Of a stretch of 64,000 nt of DNA, positions 50,996 to 64,000 are shown piece after piece. The position numbers and the translations under genes were made by a program. The number at the start of each line of letters is the position of its first letter. Positions within the stretch are counted from its first letter, which is position 1. Origin of the DNA: Octopus bimaculoides (Eukaryota); contig NC_068992.1 in the NCBI RefSeq assembly GCF_001194135.2, positions 30,688,056 through 30,752,055 of the forward strand. The letters run 5' to 3'. The notes below the pieces were generated by a model. That model saw only the letters and a program-made list of their open reading frames with translations, was not told the origin of the DNA and searched no databases.

Positions 50996-52713
50996 AGTTT
51001 CTGTTGTTTTGTTAGGGTCCTTAGTAATGCCGAATTATTAAATATTATTTCTAACTCGAACATCTTTTCTCTAATTCGCCACCCTCTGATCAGAAATTTG
51101 TCTATTGTAGCCGATGCTACAACAATGACGCCACATCCATCAACCAGTAGCCTTCTGTTCATGTTAATATGTATTTACGCTTTTCTTCCATATTTAGTTG
51201 CTTTGTGTTTAATTAAGAATCGCATTCACTCTCGAGGTAAAGCAATCTACGGCTCAAAAATCTGTATTTCGCCATAGCTTTCCCGTTGTTTAAAGTGGCT
51301 ATTTCCATTGATATTACTTTGCGTATACAAATAACCATGCTGGCCCGCTCGGAATTTCTCGACCCGTTCTGTGCTGCATTCTTCGGTCTAGATTATTACT
51401 ATGATTTCTCTCCGCCCACTCATAATGTATTTACAGGATTATTTTTATACGTTTTTGGATACAAGGACTGCAATTCCCTATCAGATATTAAATTCAATTT
51501 ATTGTTAAAAGTCTTGTGCCTAATTTTGATTTAAAATCGATGCTATGTTTCTGCTTGGTCTAATGAAATTAGGAGATGGTAGAATATGCGAATATATAAT
51601 AGAATTTACTTTAAAACCGCAAGTTTGCGAAAAAAATCCATAAGCTTTCGTGTCATTCTTCGAATGTATTTTGCTACTAGAGAAAAATAGGGAAACTGTG
51701 CAATGATTGCCATCTACATTCGAACTGAAAGCAAATATCATTTTGAAAACAAAAGTGAATACTGTTTTGAAATTGTCTAGCAAATTTGATTTTGTAGTAG
51801 GAACTTCATATTTCAGCTGTTTTTGCTCTCTTCATTATCTTTAATTATGTTAGAATAAATGTCGTCTATAACACACTATTGATTTTAGGGTTAGTTTAAA
51901 TTGTGTTTATTGTGATACAGAAGAAATTTGTCTTTTTGTTGTCATTTTGTAGCGTAGCAGTAAATACATCAGTAATTGTAAGTTCACAGTAGATTTCAAT
52001 TAACGACTCTGACATCAATAAACAAGCTGTCACGTGCCGCAAGACACAGCCTAACTTCATTGGTGAAACATCGTTATTGCTCGAGAATACTGACTTACTG
52101 AAACCAGAATTTCTAATTAATTCCCGTCATTATCAACCAAGACTGTTCAGCTGATTGCTGTCTCTCTGCCGTTACTGACGAGAAGACATTGCACATTTAA
52201 TTGACCAATTAGAAAAATATAAAGATTTTACTGCAGTACTTCACGATTTACTCTTGCCAAACTATTTCTTTTGGATTTCTTGGTGCTATTGGGTTCAGTG
52301 AGACTAGAAGATGATATTATCATTTTATTAAAAGTCTTGTACAAATCCTAAAAGTATAAGAAGCCTGAGAAACGTAAAGTTAAAGTAATCTGAATGAATC
52401 TCAGGGTTTGCTATACATTAATGTGTTGTCAATTGAGGGTGAAGAATTTGAAAAATACTATAAGTAATGCAATTATATTGTTTAAACAACGAGAACAAGT
52501 AACTTGAGACTGAACATTTATTCATTATTAACAACCCATTGAATATATATTGCTATTGGTTGGGTGTTATATTATAATATGGTATTATGAAATATGATAT
52601 AATACATAAGGGTAATGTGAATAGGAGTTAAAATTTATAGTGTTCTTTAAATAATTATCACCATGTACAGTTTAGAGTATTAAAGAGATTCAAAGGCTGT
52701 AATAATATATATA

Positions 52714-53173
52714 NNNNNNNNNNNNNNNNNNNNNNNNNNNNNNNNNNNNNNNNNNNNNNNNNNNNNNNNNNNNNNNNNNNNNNNNNNNNNNNNNNNNNNN
52801 NNNNNNNNNNNNNNNNNNNNNNNNNNNNNNNNNNNNNNNNNNNNNNNNNNNNNNNNNNNNNNNNNNNNNNNNNNNNNNNNNNNNNNNNNNNNNNNNNNNN
52901 NNNNNNNNNNNNNNNNNNNNNNNNNNNNNNNNNNNNNNNNNNNNNNNNNNNNNNNNNNNNNNNNNNNNNNNNNNNNNNNNNNNNNNNNNNNNNNNNNNNN
53001 NNNNNNNNNNNNNNNNNNNNNNNNNNNNNNNNNNNNNNNNNNNNNNNNNNNNNNNNNNNNNNNNNNNNNNNNNNNNNNNNNNNNNNNNNNNNNNNNNNNN
53101 NNNNNNNNNNNNNNNNNNNNNNNNNNNNNNNNNNNNNNNNNNNNNNNNNNNNNNNNNNNNNNNNNNNNNNNNN
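52714..53173. other. Assembly gap flanked by (TA)n
   Basis: N-run. Confidence 0.99.
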
Positions 53174-54112
53174 ATGTATATATATATATATATATATATC
53201 AAAAAATCTAACTACATATATGTATATGTGTGAGTCGTGTATAGGTCCTTAAATACTCATACATTACATATACACATCATTTTGTTATTGATGCAAATTT
53301 GCATATGCAATCTGTGTACATGTATACTGGTGAAAAATGCTGAGAAGAAATATTTCGAATTGCCCGTTATTAATGGTACGTTTCCACAACTTTATATATT
53401 TTTCTCTTTTTATCTAGAAAACTGCACAGGTTATTAATTTCCTAAACCATGTACTGTAGATTCATTATGTATAAAATAGTAGGCTCATAAGTAAATATTC
53501 AATGATAGTCTTAGAGAATTTTCTTAAACTATATATTTAGTAGTCTTTGGCAAGAAATTAATATTGGTTTCTTTGTAGTATATGGAATATAAATGTTTGT
53601 ATTATCTCAAGATTTATAACAACTCGGCTACAAATATAAACTTTATAATTTGGTGTTAAGATTTTGTGAAGTGTTTTGTAAATAGGTCTCACGCCCAATT
53701 TAGAATGAATACAGTTACAATAAAATCTTAGGAAGTTTATTTAACAGAAGTTCCCGAAACCTCGAGGGCAATTTCAATTGAAATTTCCCCTATGCGTAAA
53801 AAGTACATAATTGAAATATGAAAGTACGCCATTGATAATCATGTTATCTTCGAAAGTTTTACTTCTCTTACAATAATATATTATTCAGTGAATCAGCGGA
53901 TTTGTGTCATTCATTGTGGGATGTCAGGGAGAAAATAGTATTATACCTTGCATAACTACAAATATGGTCGAGTTTTATGTTGCCACGTCAAAACGGTAGA
54001 GGAGTAGGGGCCGAAACCGGACGTGGTTCCTCCTGATGATGTATTGAGCTAACTGGATCCTATAAAGGAGCTGTTGTGGTAGCGGACCACGAAACGTGGT
54101 TGAAATTCCTCC

Positions 54113-54152
<40 letters not shown>

Positions 54153-54160
54153 CATATATA

Positions 54161-54312
54161 CTGTTCTGTGGTGAGAAGCTTGATTCCCAACTTCACGGTT
54201 CAAGGTTCTTTCTCACTGCATGGCAACTTGGGCTGTTGTCTTCTACTGTAGCCTCTGTCCGACCAAAGCCTTGTGAGTGAATTTCGTAGAGGGAAACTGA
54301 AGCAAACCCGTC
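54161..54312 (+). mobile_element. SINE family 2, diverged 5' half, followed by (TA)/(TG)n
   Basis: ..GGCAACTTGGGCTGTTGTCTTCTACTGTAGCC..CCGACCAAAGCCTTGTGAGTG..GGAAACTGAAGCAAACCCGTC. Confidence 0.82.
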
Positions 54313-54334
54313 ATTCATCAATATATATACATAC

Positions 54335-54394
<60 letters not shown>

Positions 54395-55275
54395 GTGTGT
54401 GTTTGTGTATGCGTGTATTCGTATGAGTATTTCTATGCGTATTCAAACAGATTTTATGTATATAATGTATATGGGTTTGTCAATAATTGTGATGTTATTT
54501 GCATTTACATTCTCTGTGAACGTTACTTTCCCACTTAGGTTCCCGGTCAGAACGTGTGCTCATATCGTAGTTATTGTAAGTCCTAGTGTTATGTCTGTTG
54601 ATTCACTAGTACAATAAGCATGACTCTTCTTAAAAAGTGTCCTGAGATTTTGAACTTTAATAGTAGACATTATATATAATGCTAGAATTGCCAACAACAA
54701 CCACCGGAACCTATATTTTAAGTCATTTTTCCTTTAATTCCATACTTTCCGTATTTCTAGATTTCATTCCTATATATATTTTCCTTTGCCTTTAAGTAAA
54801 GTGCGAACGAATTTTGCGTTACACATCATATTAAAAACAGTATCCAATGAAAAATAGTCTTTATAAATTATGTAAAACACCGATTAAGGAAAGAATTATA
54901 TGTACACCACATCGCATAAATTTGTGAAGCATCACGTATTTCTTTTGCCTTTTAATTGTTCTTCCACATACATATCCCCCACCGTTATATATACATATAG
55001 ATACAGACAATATATCATTGAATATTTCAGCATTTTTCCTGATATAAAGAAAGGTTACATCCAACCAGTATATACTACAAGAAAAAAAATTGTGTTGAAT
55101 TAAATCATATTAGATTATATAACAACAGAAAATGTTTCCTAGAAATGCTCGTTTTTACTCCTAACAAAGAAATCAATATTATTTACATCATGCGTTAATG
55201 GTACGTCAGCATATTCGCGCACGCAACACACATGTGCATACGTATGTACGATTATGGAAATGTATATTCCTTTGT

Positions 55276-55306
<31 letters not shown>

Positions 55307-56416
55307 CTTTGATGATGAATAGGTAAGTATTAAAATACTTTTGTTCGTATCTGTGTGAGCATGAGCTCCATATAGATATAAACATGTACACTAACTGAAA
55401 TATAAATACATATATCAACATACAAATAATCAGAATCGAGAGCAGCATATAAAAAATTCTGTTTCTGGTATTGCTATCATGTATTTTGTATTTCTAAGTA
55501 TGAAATTTAAATCGCACTGTATAACAAAGTGAATATGACATATTTTAGAAACCTGCTTAGATGAACAAATTCGAAATAAGATATTAATTATATATACTGC
55601 GAACAAAGTAGAATAGACGGTAGAGAAATAACACATTAATAGGTTTATATTTTGTGTCCTTAATAAATAAAACAATTATCATTAAGACATACAGGATTCT
55701 CATACCTATGTTTGATTTTAGTTTGCTTTCCCACGTTTGAACTCTCAATCACGCATTCTACGTAAACTAATAAATTAACAGTGTACAATCAACGTATGAA
55801 CACGTTATTCGAAGATGTTCATTGAATAAATAATTTAAGGAAAGCTTGTGCCATTAACCGCCCTCACATGTATCACTACAGTCAGTTTTAGCTCTGTCAT
55901 TTCATCACCAGCCTGACCACTCGGAATTTACCAGCCAACATTTTTCAATTAGTCGGAAGATATGTTGTTGAAAGGAAAATATTAGTCTCAAATTAAGTGA
56001 TATTTGAAAATGTCCACTTTTTGCTTGCGTAAGCTTTTATGTTTATTATTGATATTTTTAGAAAGTTATACCTACAAGCTTTTTTGTTTATTTCGTTCAT
56101 GTCGTATATGTTATCAATAATTTTTCTTGACGAGCTCCATTAATTTATAAATTGATAATATCACATCTGTATCAAATGTAATTGTGAACTTTAAAATAAA
56201 CAGTTCATACCTCGCTACAAACTTCAACAGATTGTTATGTTGCAATACACACGTTATCAAATCTCAGAGTGATTACGTTAATTTCACCAGTTATGCTTCA
56301 AAACCATAAATTTCTCACATCAATTGTGAATCCCACTTGGTGATGTTCCAAATTTAGTAGATGATTTGTACCTTGTCACCGGCTGAATAATTTGCCAATT
56401 GTGCAGACCTCGGGAA

Positions 56417-56452
<36 letters not shown>

Positions 56453-56479
56453 ACACACATTTATATATTCCATTAGCTC

Positions 56480-57206
56480 ATTCGCGACCATCTTGCCGCT
56501 GGTGCCCCTACTGTGTATGTTGACAGGAAAGCAATAAAACTGTTTCCTCCTTCATTTATTTTGATTCCACTGTGTCCAGTGATGCGAAAATGGATAAAGA
56601 AATCTAGTCCAAAATCGGGACGGCTAGCTTTATCACAGGCTATGAAACAACTATGACGTATATTTGAACGTGTAAGCTAATGTATATAAATCGGTGGTCT
56701 TGACAACATTGCTTTATGGAGCTGAATCTTGGACTTTGTACCGAAAGCACATCAATCGGTTTGACGCGTTTGGCATGCAATGCTTGAGCACTGTCTCCAA
56801 CATAAAACTGAGTGACTATATTCATAACAGTGAGGTAATTTCAAAATGCAACATATCAGGTATTCAAGCCATCCTCATCAAAATATCGGTTCGAAGGTCA
56901 GGTCATCCCTCACGTATAAGAGATATCATAATTCCGAAGCATCTTCCCTTTGGCCAATTCCCAACAGGAAGGCCATTTGGAAGGCCACTCTTGCGCTTCA
57001 GAAACAAACTAAAAGATCATCTGAAACGATGCAATATTTCCTTTTCTTCCTGGTAAAACAAAGCATCAGAACGCGCGACCATGTTCCGGCCCTGCTTTTC
57101 TGAGTTAAAACAATTCGAACAAAATCGAATCCAACAAGGGGACCAACTTAGTGTAAGCATGAAGGCACGCTGGCAAAACACTGCTCGGCTAAATGGAAAC
57201 TACCTG
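56480..57206 (+). mobile_element. RTE-clade LINE 3' fragment (RT thumb and C-terminus), running into a gap
   Basis: ..STVSSDAKMDKEI.., VVLTTLLYGAESWTLYRKHINRFDAFGMQCL..RRSGHPSRIRD..IPKHLPFG..GRPLLRFRNKLKDHLKRC. Confidence 0.85.
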
Positions 57207-57594
57207 NNNNNNNNNNNNNNNNNNNNNNNNNNNNNNNNNNNNNNNNNNNNNNNNNNNNNNNNNNNNNNNNNNNNNNNNNNNNNNNNNNNNNNNNNNNNNN
57301 NNNNNNNNNNNNNNNNNNNNNNNNNNNNNNNNNNNNNNNNNNNNNNNNNNNNNNNNNNNNNNNNNNNNNNNNNNNNNNNNNNNNNNNNNNNNNNNNNNNN
57401 NNNNNNNNNNNNNNNNNNNNNNNNNNNNNNNNNNNNNNNNNNNNNNNNNNNNNNNNNNNNNNNNNNNNNNNNNNNNNNNNNNNNNNNNNNNNNNNNNNNN
57501 NNNNNNNNNNNNNNNNNNNNNNNNNNNNNNNNNNNNNNNNNNNNNNNNNNNNNNNNNNNNNNNNNNNNNNNNNNNNNNNNNNNNNNNNNNNNNN
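57207..57594. other. Assembly gap
   Basis: N-run. Confidence 0.99.
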
Positions 57595-58784
57595 ATGTTT
57601 ATATTATTATGGTGTGGATGCCAAAAAATTAACGATAAGTGTTCATTCAGTTTCTGCTTATCTCCACTAATTTTTGCAAAAATATGACTGAGAATTTTCA
57701 GCTTCGTCTAATATAAGGATCAGTTCCATAGATTTATAAGCTATTGTTTTAAATCGGTTCGGTCTTCGGATGTAGAGCGCTTGGTAGACGATGTTTGTTG
57801 TGTTAAATTGAACATTGAAAATGCTATGTGGGATGAAAACAAATCAACAGAAATTAAACCACCCACGAACAAGTCGGAATAATTTACGGCACCGTAGAGG
57901 AAAGAAAATATTTGTAAGCAAAAATATGGCCTGAGATTGAGAGAAGGTGAGAATATGGAATGAGAAAGCGCAAAAATTAGGTGTCTGAATCGAGACATCG
58001 TCAAACATTGAAGTATTAATGCAATTTTAGTCGAGTAAATATGTTTTTTCCCAGTTATGTCATATAGAATCTTTTGAAGTGTTCCATTTCTGAAGTAATA
58101 TGCATCTGGTGTTTAAATAGAATTATTGGTTGTAGGGGTTTTGAGGATATTCTTTATTATAAGGTGTGCACAAATCACACATTTTGCCTGCAGTTTGCAG
58201 TTTGTATCCCAAATTCTTTAGCTTGTAAGAGTTTACCATAATGAATATTCCCATGCTGGAATACGGACTGGCAATTTCATTAATATTGTTAAAGTGTTTC
58301 ATTTTAACTCTTAGGCGCCGCATGACTTTCATTCTTTTGCTACTTTTCCATATACATTTCTCTTATTCTACACCGCAGTTATTTTACATGAAGCTATAAA
58401 TCTCGATCATTTACACATATTCTTTTCTTATACCACTATCTAAAAATATTTTAATTTCTTTTCTTCTTCATCATTTCCAATTTCAACTACAGACGTGATT
58501 CAATGGAAATAATTCAACATTGTCTAGAATAAATAACTAAATCAACTAAAGTGAAAACTGACAACAATATTTATCACAATATTTTTGTAAATATCTGCAG
58601 ATAGCGAAAACTGGATTGAGCGCCGTTACGAAACCCAGTTGACCAATATAATATAAACCCATTTGACTACACCTCGTTACTTAGAAGTATATATATATAT
58701 CGATTTTTTATATTGTATATCGTACATGATGCATGATATTTGATGTAAATACACCTATGTGCACATGCGTTTCAATGTCTGTGT

Positions 58785-59450
58785 GTCATCATCCTCATTG
58801 TTTAACGTCCATCTTCCGTGTTGGCATGAGTCAGATCGTTAGACAGGAGCTGACCAGCTGAAGAGCTATTCAGGCTCTCTGTCTATTTTGGCATTGTCTC
58901 TACAGGCGGATGCCCTCCATAATGTCAACCACTTTACAGAGTGTACTAAGTGCTTTGACAGGTCATCAGCACTTATAAGCCTGCAAGATTAGCTGGAAAG
59001 TGTTACCTGTATTGAAGGTCTGCCCCTTCCATATGTTCCTTCTAAAATTAGAGTTCGGCAACTTTTGATACAACTCTTTTCATTCATACACATTATATGG
59101 CCATACCAACGCAATCTTCTCTCTTCCACGCTACATATTATTCCTCGTATACCCAGATTTTCTCTCAAATCACTTACTCTGTCATATATCCACACTGATA
59201 TTACTCACACAGCGAAGCATACTGACATTTTGTATTTCAAGTTTTCGCACGTCCTTAATTGTCACAGCCCATATCTCACTGCCATGTAAGAATAATTATT
59301 TGTACAGGGGCATCATACGATCTGCCCTTCTGTGTGAGGGAGAGACCCTTCGTTACTAACAGAGGTAATAGCTCCCTGAACTTGGTCCATCCTATTCTTA
59401 TTCTAGCAGCTATGCTTTTTAGAACAACTAACCCACTTATAACTTGGTAA
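58785..59450 (-). mobile_element. RTE-type LINE 3' fragment with putative 3' UTR and (GAT)n-like end
   Basis: Minus: ..SIAARIRIGWTKFRELLPLLVTKGLSL..KGRSYDA.. and ..LRENLGIRGIICSVEERRLRWYGHIMCM..GRGRP.., then non-coding sequence ending ..GGACGTTAAACAATGAGGATGATGA. Confidence 0.8.
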
Positions 59451-60012
59451 TCTAAGTAACGGAAAATGTATACTACTTCTAGGGATTACTCTGGTATACG
59501 AAGCAGTCTATTCTTTGTAAAACCTTGGTGTGTAATGTGCTCATATGTCAGTCGCCCAGTGATACCGCTGCACGTTTTTTGCGTTCATAGCCAACACTGG
59601 GTAAACCTTACGGAGTTTCTCCCGACACCTTTTATACATATTGAGCAGAGGCATCTACCTCAAGGTATCTGCGATTTGAATGTTTTCCTACTTATACATA
59701 TCTTGGTCTTTGCTAAATTAACTTATTGTTTTATTCTATTTTATAATACATACATCTCGCAACGTGAGATACACGGAAAACCAAATAATTGGTCTCTGTG
59801 CAAGATATTACTGAAGACGAAGAGATTGGAATGTAATGGTGTTTATTACAAAACTTACGGAGATTGTACGTATAAATATTTTTAAAGGAACTAATGTGAA
59901 ATATGCATAGAATTAAGTCGGTATTGTTTGTCTGTTGTAGATATAACTTTCTAAAATATCAATAATATTCGTAAGAATGAGAAAAATAATTGCATGAACA
60001 ATTGCCACCTTT

Positions 60013-60215
60013 AGGCGCAGGAGTGGCTGTGTGGTAAGTAGCTTGCTTACCAACCACATGGTCTCGGGTTCAGTCCCACTGCGTTGCACTTTGGGCAAGT
60101 GTCTTCTACTATAGCCTCGGGTCGACCAAAGCCTTGTGAGTGGATTTGGTAGACGGAAACTGAAAGAAGCCCGTCGTATATATGTATATATATATATGTG
60201 TGTGTGTGTGTGTGC

Positions 60216-60267
<52 letters not shown>

Positions 60268-60488
60268 TTGTGTGCCTGTGTTTGTCTCCCCAACATCGCT
60301 TGACAACCGATGCTGTTGTATTTAGGTCCCCGTAACTTAGCGGTTCGGCCAAAGAGACCGATAGAATAAGTACTAGGCTTACAAAGAATAAATCCTGGGG
60401 TCGAATTGATTCGACTAATGGCGGTGCTCTAACGTGGCCGCAGTCAAATGACTGAAGGAAGTAAAAGAGTAAAAGAGAGTAAAAGAGT
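60013..60488 (+). mobile_element. Complete SINE family 2 copy (tRNA head, CORE-like segment, internal (TA)(TG)n, tail ending in GTAAAAGA repeats)
   Basis: AGGCGCAGGAGTGGCTGTGTGGTAAG..GGGTTCAGTCCC..TTGGGCAAGTGTCTT..; colinear with 27936-28453. Confidence 0.92.
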
Positions 60489-61905
60489 AATTGTTGCCGT
60501 TTACATAAATCAGAGTAGTTGATTGCCTTATGGTTGCTATAAATTTTAAAACCCAGCAAAACTCAGTGTAACTTATTCACGCAAGAAAACGAATATTGTG
60601 AAACATATTTTTGGATCAGCAGTGTTCGCGTGCTCACTTTTATGAATTATATTGCATAAAAACCTAAGCAGCTATTTCTTTTTGCATTCCTAGTCTTGCA
60701 ACATTTTTGCAAAGACTTTACTGGGTCAATCTCGCAATAGTGGCAAAATGAAATTAACTTTATTTTTTTTTTCAATTAAAGCGCAAACATTTTCGCCAAG
60801 AAAGCGGCATTGTTTGCTCCACTGCATAAAGTAAAAATTTAGGGTTAATATATATCTGAGTATGCGTTTGTAGGCGTCTTACATACCTATAACACATATG
60901 TAAGATAACCCTTATGACAAAAAGGAATAGCAGACACCCGAATTTATCAGACTAACAAGGAATGGTATCGTTCTTTAGATTTATAATGATATCTTCTAGA
61001 ATGCTATGCGTTGGCCATTCGAATAGTCTACGCATGCTATTCTAACCCGCTTTTCTTAAATGTATTTGAATTTAGCGCTTAATTATCCGTTGTTATTTTC
61101 AATTCCGATAATACTTAAATTTCTTGAGGAAGTCTTTGTCAGGGAGGAAAAAACGCTCTTTCTTTAATCATCCTAAATTTATCAACCATAATAATTCTTT
61201 CATTGGAAACAGCCAAGTAAACTGCTACCATCCTTCATTCAGAAAAGGGAGACAGTGATGTAATATTCCAGTTGCCTGACACTACCTGTTCAGTGTAGGT
61301 TATTGGCAGTTAAGTTCGCCTTGTGGTTGAATAACCTTGTGGCTTACGATTCATTTGATCTTAACAGACTTCAACAGAACAAACGCACGTGTAGCGTTTA
61401 AAAAAATCCTTGATGCACGTACTGGTCAGCATTTCCTTTTCTCCTTCCCAAGTGTAAAAGACGTGAGAAAGGTTTTTCGGATGAATGATCTAATAAATCG
61501 TAATTGAATAGAGATATAAATGATTTGACAGCGCTTTTAGAAATAACAAGAAGCGTTTTCAATAATATCCCAAAAGGAAAAACATATATGTATGTAAACA
61601 TGAATGCTATTCGGTTCTTCGAAAATATATTGCTAATATTTTTCGTTTCTATCCTCTGTATCACAAATATGAAACTGTTATGTAGAATTCAAAGAAATAT
61701 AACAATGACGTGTACCATATACATTTCGACGTGCACATTCAATATTCTAGAAATAGGTAGCATAACAGCCACTGATACCACACATTTTTCTATAGTTGTA
61801 GAGTTCGTATATCGGGAGAAAAGATGGATGATCACAAATGAAAAGCATCTAATCAAAGGTCAACTCAATCAGATTAACCCGATATTTATTACTAACAATA
61901 ACACA

Positions 61906-61942
<37 letters not shown>

Positions 61943-62005
61943 ACACGCACGCACACACACACACGTACACACACACACATACCCACATACACATACGCAC
62001 ACATA
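61906..62005. repeat. (CA)n microsatellite
   Basis: Direct reading. Confidence 0.94.
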
Positions 62006-62689
62006 TAAGAAATTCATGTGGAACAACTGGTTCTGTAGATATGAGTCGCCATTACAGTAGTTTAATGTGATTACTCTCCGAAACAACAAAACAACACTTA
62101 TGTTACTCCCTCATAACAAGAGCAAGCATTATGAGTGCTGTTTGCAAAGTAGTAAATCCCCACCAGGAAAGTAATTTTCATTGTTTTAATAAAAAGCAAA
62201 ATGACAATAAAAAGAAGTTATGATGGAAGTCGTACTACATCTAAGAAACACTCTTTCCATAAAGAGAGGCTTGATAGGGTGAACACAAAGATAATGTTAG
62301 ACAGAAACTAAATATACACAAAATAGAGAATTTTGGCATACAATAAAAATATGCTTAAAGCATAGAAGTCATAGGAAATAAAACAATATATCAGGGGTGG
62401 GGAAACTCAGGGAGGATAAGGTTTCATCAAGCAATAGTTACCAGAATAGATAACATATGGGTTCTCTAAACATATCGAAGTAGTACAAACGAAATAGATA
62501 CACACAAAGGAGACAGAAATATACCAACGGGAATCTAAAATAATCAAATTGATTGTGTATTGATGACGGCCTTGAGGAAAACGAGATCGGAATTTAATTA
62601 TGTTACCTTCATATCTTTTACATTGATATTCTAAATACCTAGAAATTTTATTCGGTTAAGTCAAAAGAGGGAAGACTGATAAAGAGGGT

Positions 62690-62739
62690 GAGAGAGATAA
62701 AGACAAAGAATAAGAGAGAGAAAGGACGACATAAATAAG

Positions 62740-62793
<54 letters not shown>

Positions 62794-62845
62794 GAGCGAT
62801 AACAAGGAGGAGAGAGAAAAAAGATAACGAGAGAGAAAGAGACAG
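62690..62845. repeat. (GA)n and purine-rich tract
   Basis: Direct reading. Confidence 0.92.
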
Positions 62846-63587
62846 ATAGGTAGCAAGCGGGTGAAAGTGAGTGGCAAAGTGAACAAACGATTTAGAAATG
62901 AATAAAAATGCCAATACTAATGAGTAGAAATGTTCTCTGATGTAGAAGTATAAGTGACATAAATATGTCCTTGAATAATCATAGAAAATACGTATGTGTA
63001 TGGAAAATACGAGCGTTTTTTTTTTCAATTCAAAATCATGTAACTGAAAAGAAAATTCTATGAACATTTATCTATATATCGATTATAAATGAAATAAGCA
63101 TCTCAGATTAAGGTTCACCAAAAAAAAAAAAAAAAAAAAAATCATGTTGAATGAAAACACATCTGATGTAAACATAGAGGGCAAAACAAATATCAGGAAA
63201 AAATGAGAAAGGGAAGGAGAATACAATATCACAAGCTTAGATAAGCGACACTTATCCGGGGACTAACCATGGATAAAATGATTTCTAAGAACTGGATGTC
63301 AGATGGGATAACAATAATTCACAATATCTTGTCAATGTACATGAAGTGGAAGTATGGCAACAGTAATTATTGTATTGCAACAGATAACATGATCATCACA
63401 TGATCATCATATGATTGCTTACTAGATGCAAGATACTTTAGATTACATTCTAAATTTCAATCACTTTCAGGTCAAGTTTTGCTTGGCAAAGTATAGTATC
63501 ATTAAAATTATAAATCACTGCAATGCAATTGATTCCAGCTTCACCAGATCTGTATTGCCTTATGTTTATCCATAAACATTGGTTTAA

Positions 63588-63793
63588 AAATTTGGCCACC
63601 AATTCCGGGGTGGGGGGGGCGATAAGTCAATGATATCAGCCCCAGTGTCCAACAGGTACATATTTTATCGACCCCAAAGAGATGAAAGGAAAAGTCGATC
63701 TCGGTGAAATTTGAACTCAGAAACTAAGGACAGACCAAATGACACCAAGCAATTTGCCGTAGAGCGGTAACACTACTTCCAGCTCTCCGTCTT
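63588..63793 (-). mobile_element. SINE family 1 copy
   Basis: Reverse complement: GACGGAGAGCTGGAAG...CTGAGTTCAAATTTCACCGAGATCGACTTTTCCTTTCATCTC..GGGGTCGATAAAATATGTACC..CACTGGGG. Confidence 0.8.
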
Positions 63794-64000
63794 CGGTTAC
63801 CCGTAAGTATTTATACCCTTCATACCTCGAAAAAGAAAACAAACGAATGAGGTAGTAGACACAGAACAGTAATGCATTGAATGTTTGTAGTACTTATTCA
63901 CAAACGTCCATCTAAAAGACAAAAATCGCGCATACATATGCACGCTTGCACACGCACACTCTCACACATGCACCATATGTGTATGTATCATATATATATA

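Noticed and set aside
50290-51162. 290-aa minus-strand ORF
   Set aside because: It is composed of low-complexity trinucleotide, (TC)n and (CA)n tracts plus SINE sequence, with no domain motif.
60841-60848. AGGGTTAA, piggyBac-like terminus
   Set aside because: No matching TTAACCCT left end or TIR found.
61504-62070. 188-aa plus-strand ORF
   Set aside because: AT-rich with a (CA)n C-terminus and no recognisable motif; compatible with chance.

Overview
Eukaryotic, very AT-rich, repeat-dominated genomic DNA from a draft assembly with 11 N-gaps. The repeat content (tRNA-derived SINEs, R4/Dong and RTE LINE relics, dense TA/CA/AAT/AAG microsatellites) suggests an octopod cephalopod; this is my inference from recalled repeat families, not a database result. 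I found no intact host gene, rRNA, true tRNA or CRISPR array. Most long ORFs in the track are translations of microsatellites or N-gaps. Recognisable content: (1) six decayed R4/Dong-clade non-LTR retrotransposon copies (RT + CCHC + restriction-like endonuclease) from about four families, mostly abutting (TAA)n arrays, including a near full-length copy within a head-to-tail chain of three at 15.3-23.8 kb; (2) a non-coding element sharing this array association; (3) three RTE-type fragments; (4) two SINE families in multiple copies; (5) minimal type I hammerhead ribozyme motifs of the Penelope-associated kind. One hammerhead is compact and nearly canonical (14339-14373, minus). Two are inverted copies (about 24945-25474) whose mutations complement each other to give a canonical consensus, one lying downstream of a tRNA-like head fragment. 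That composite, a candidate tRNA-headed, hammerhead-tailed retroposon possibly mobilised by Penelope-like elements, is the most interesting signal here. All structural and family calls were made by eye and need computational confirmation.
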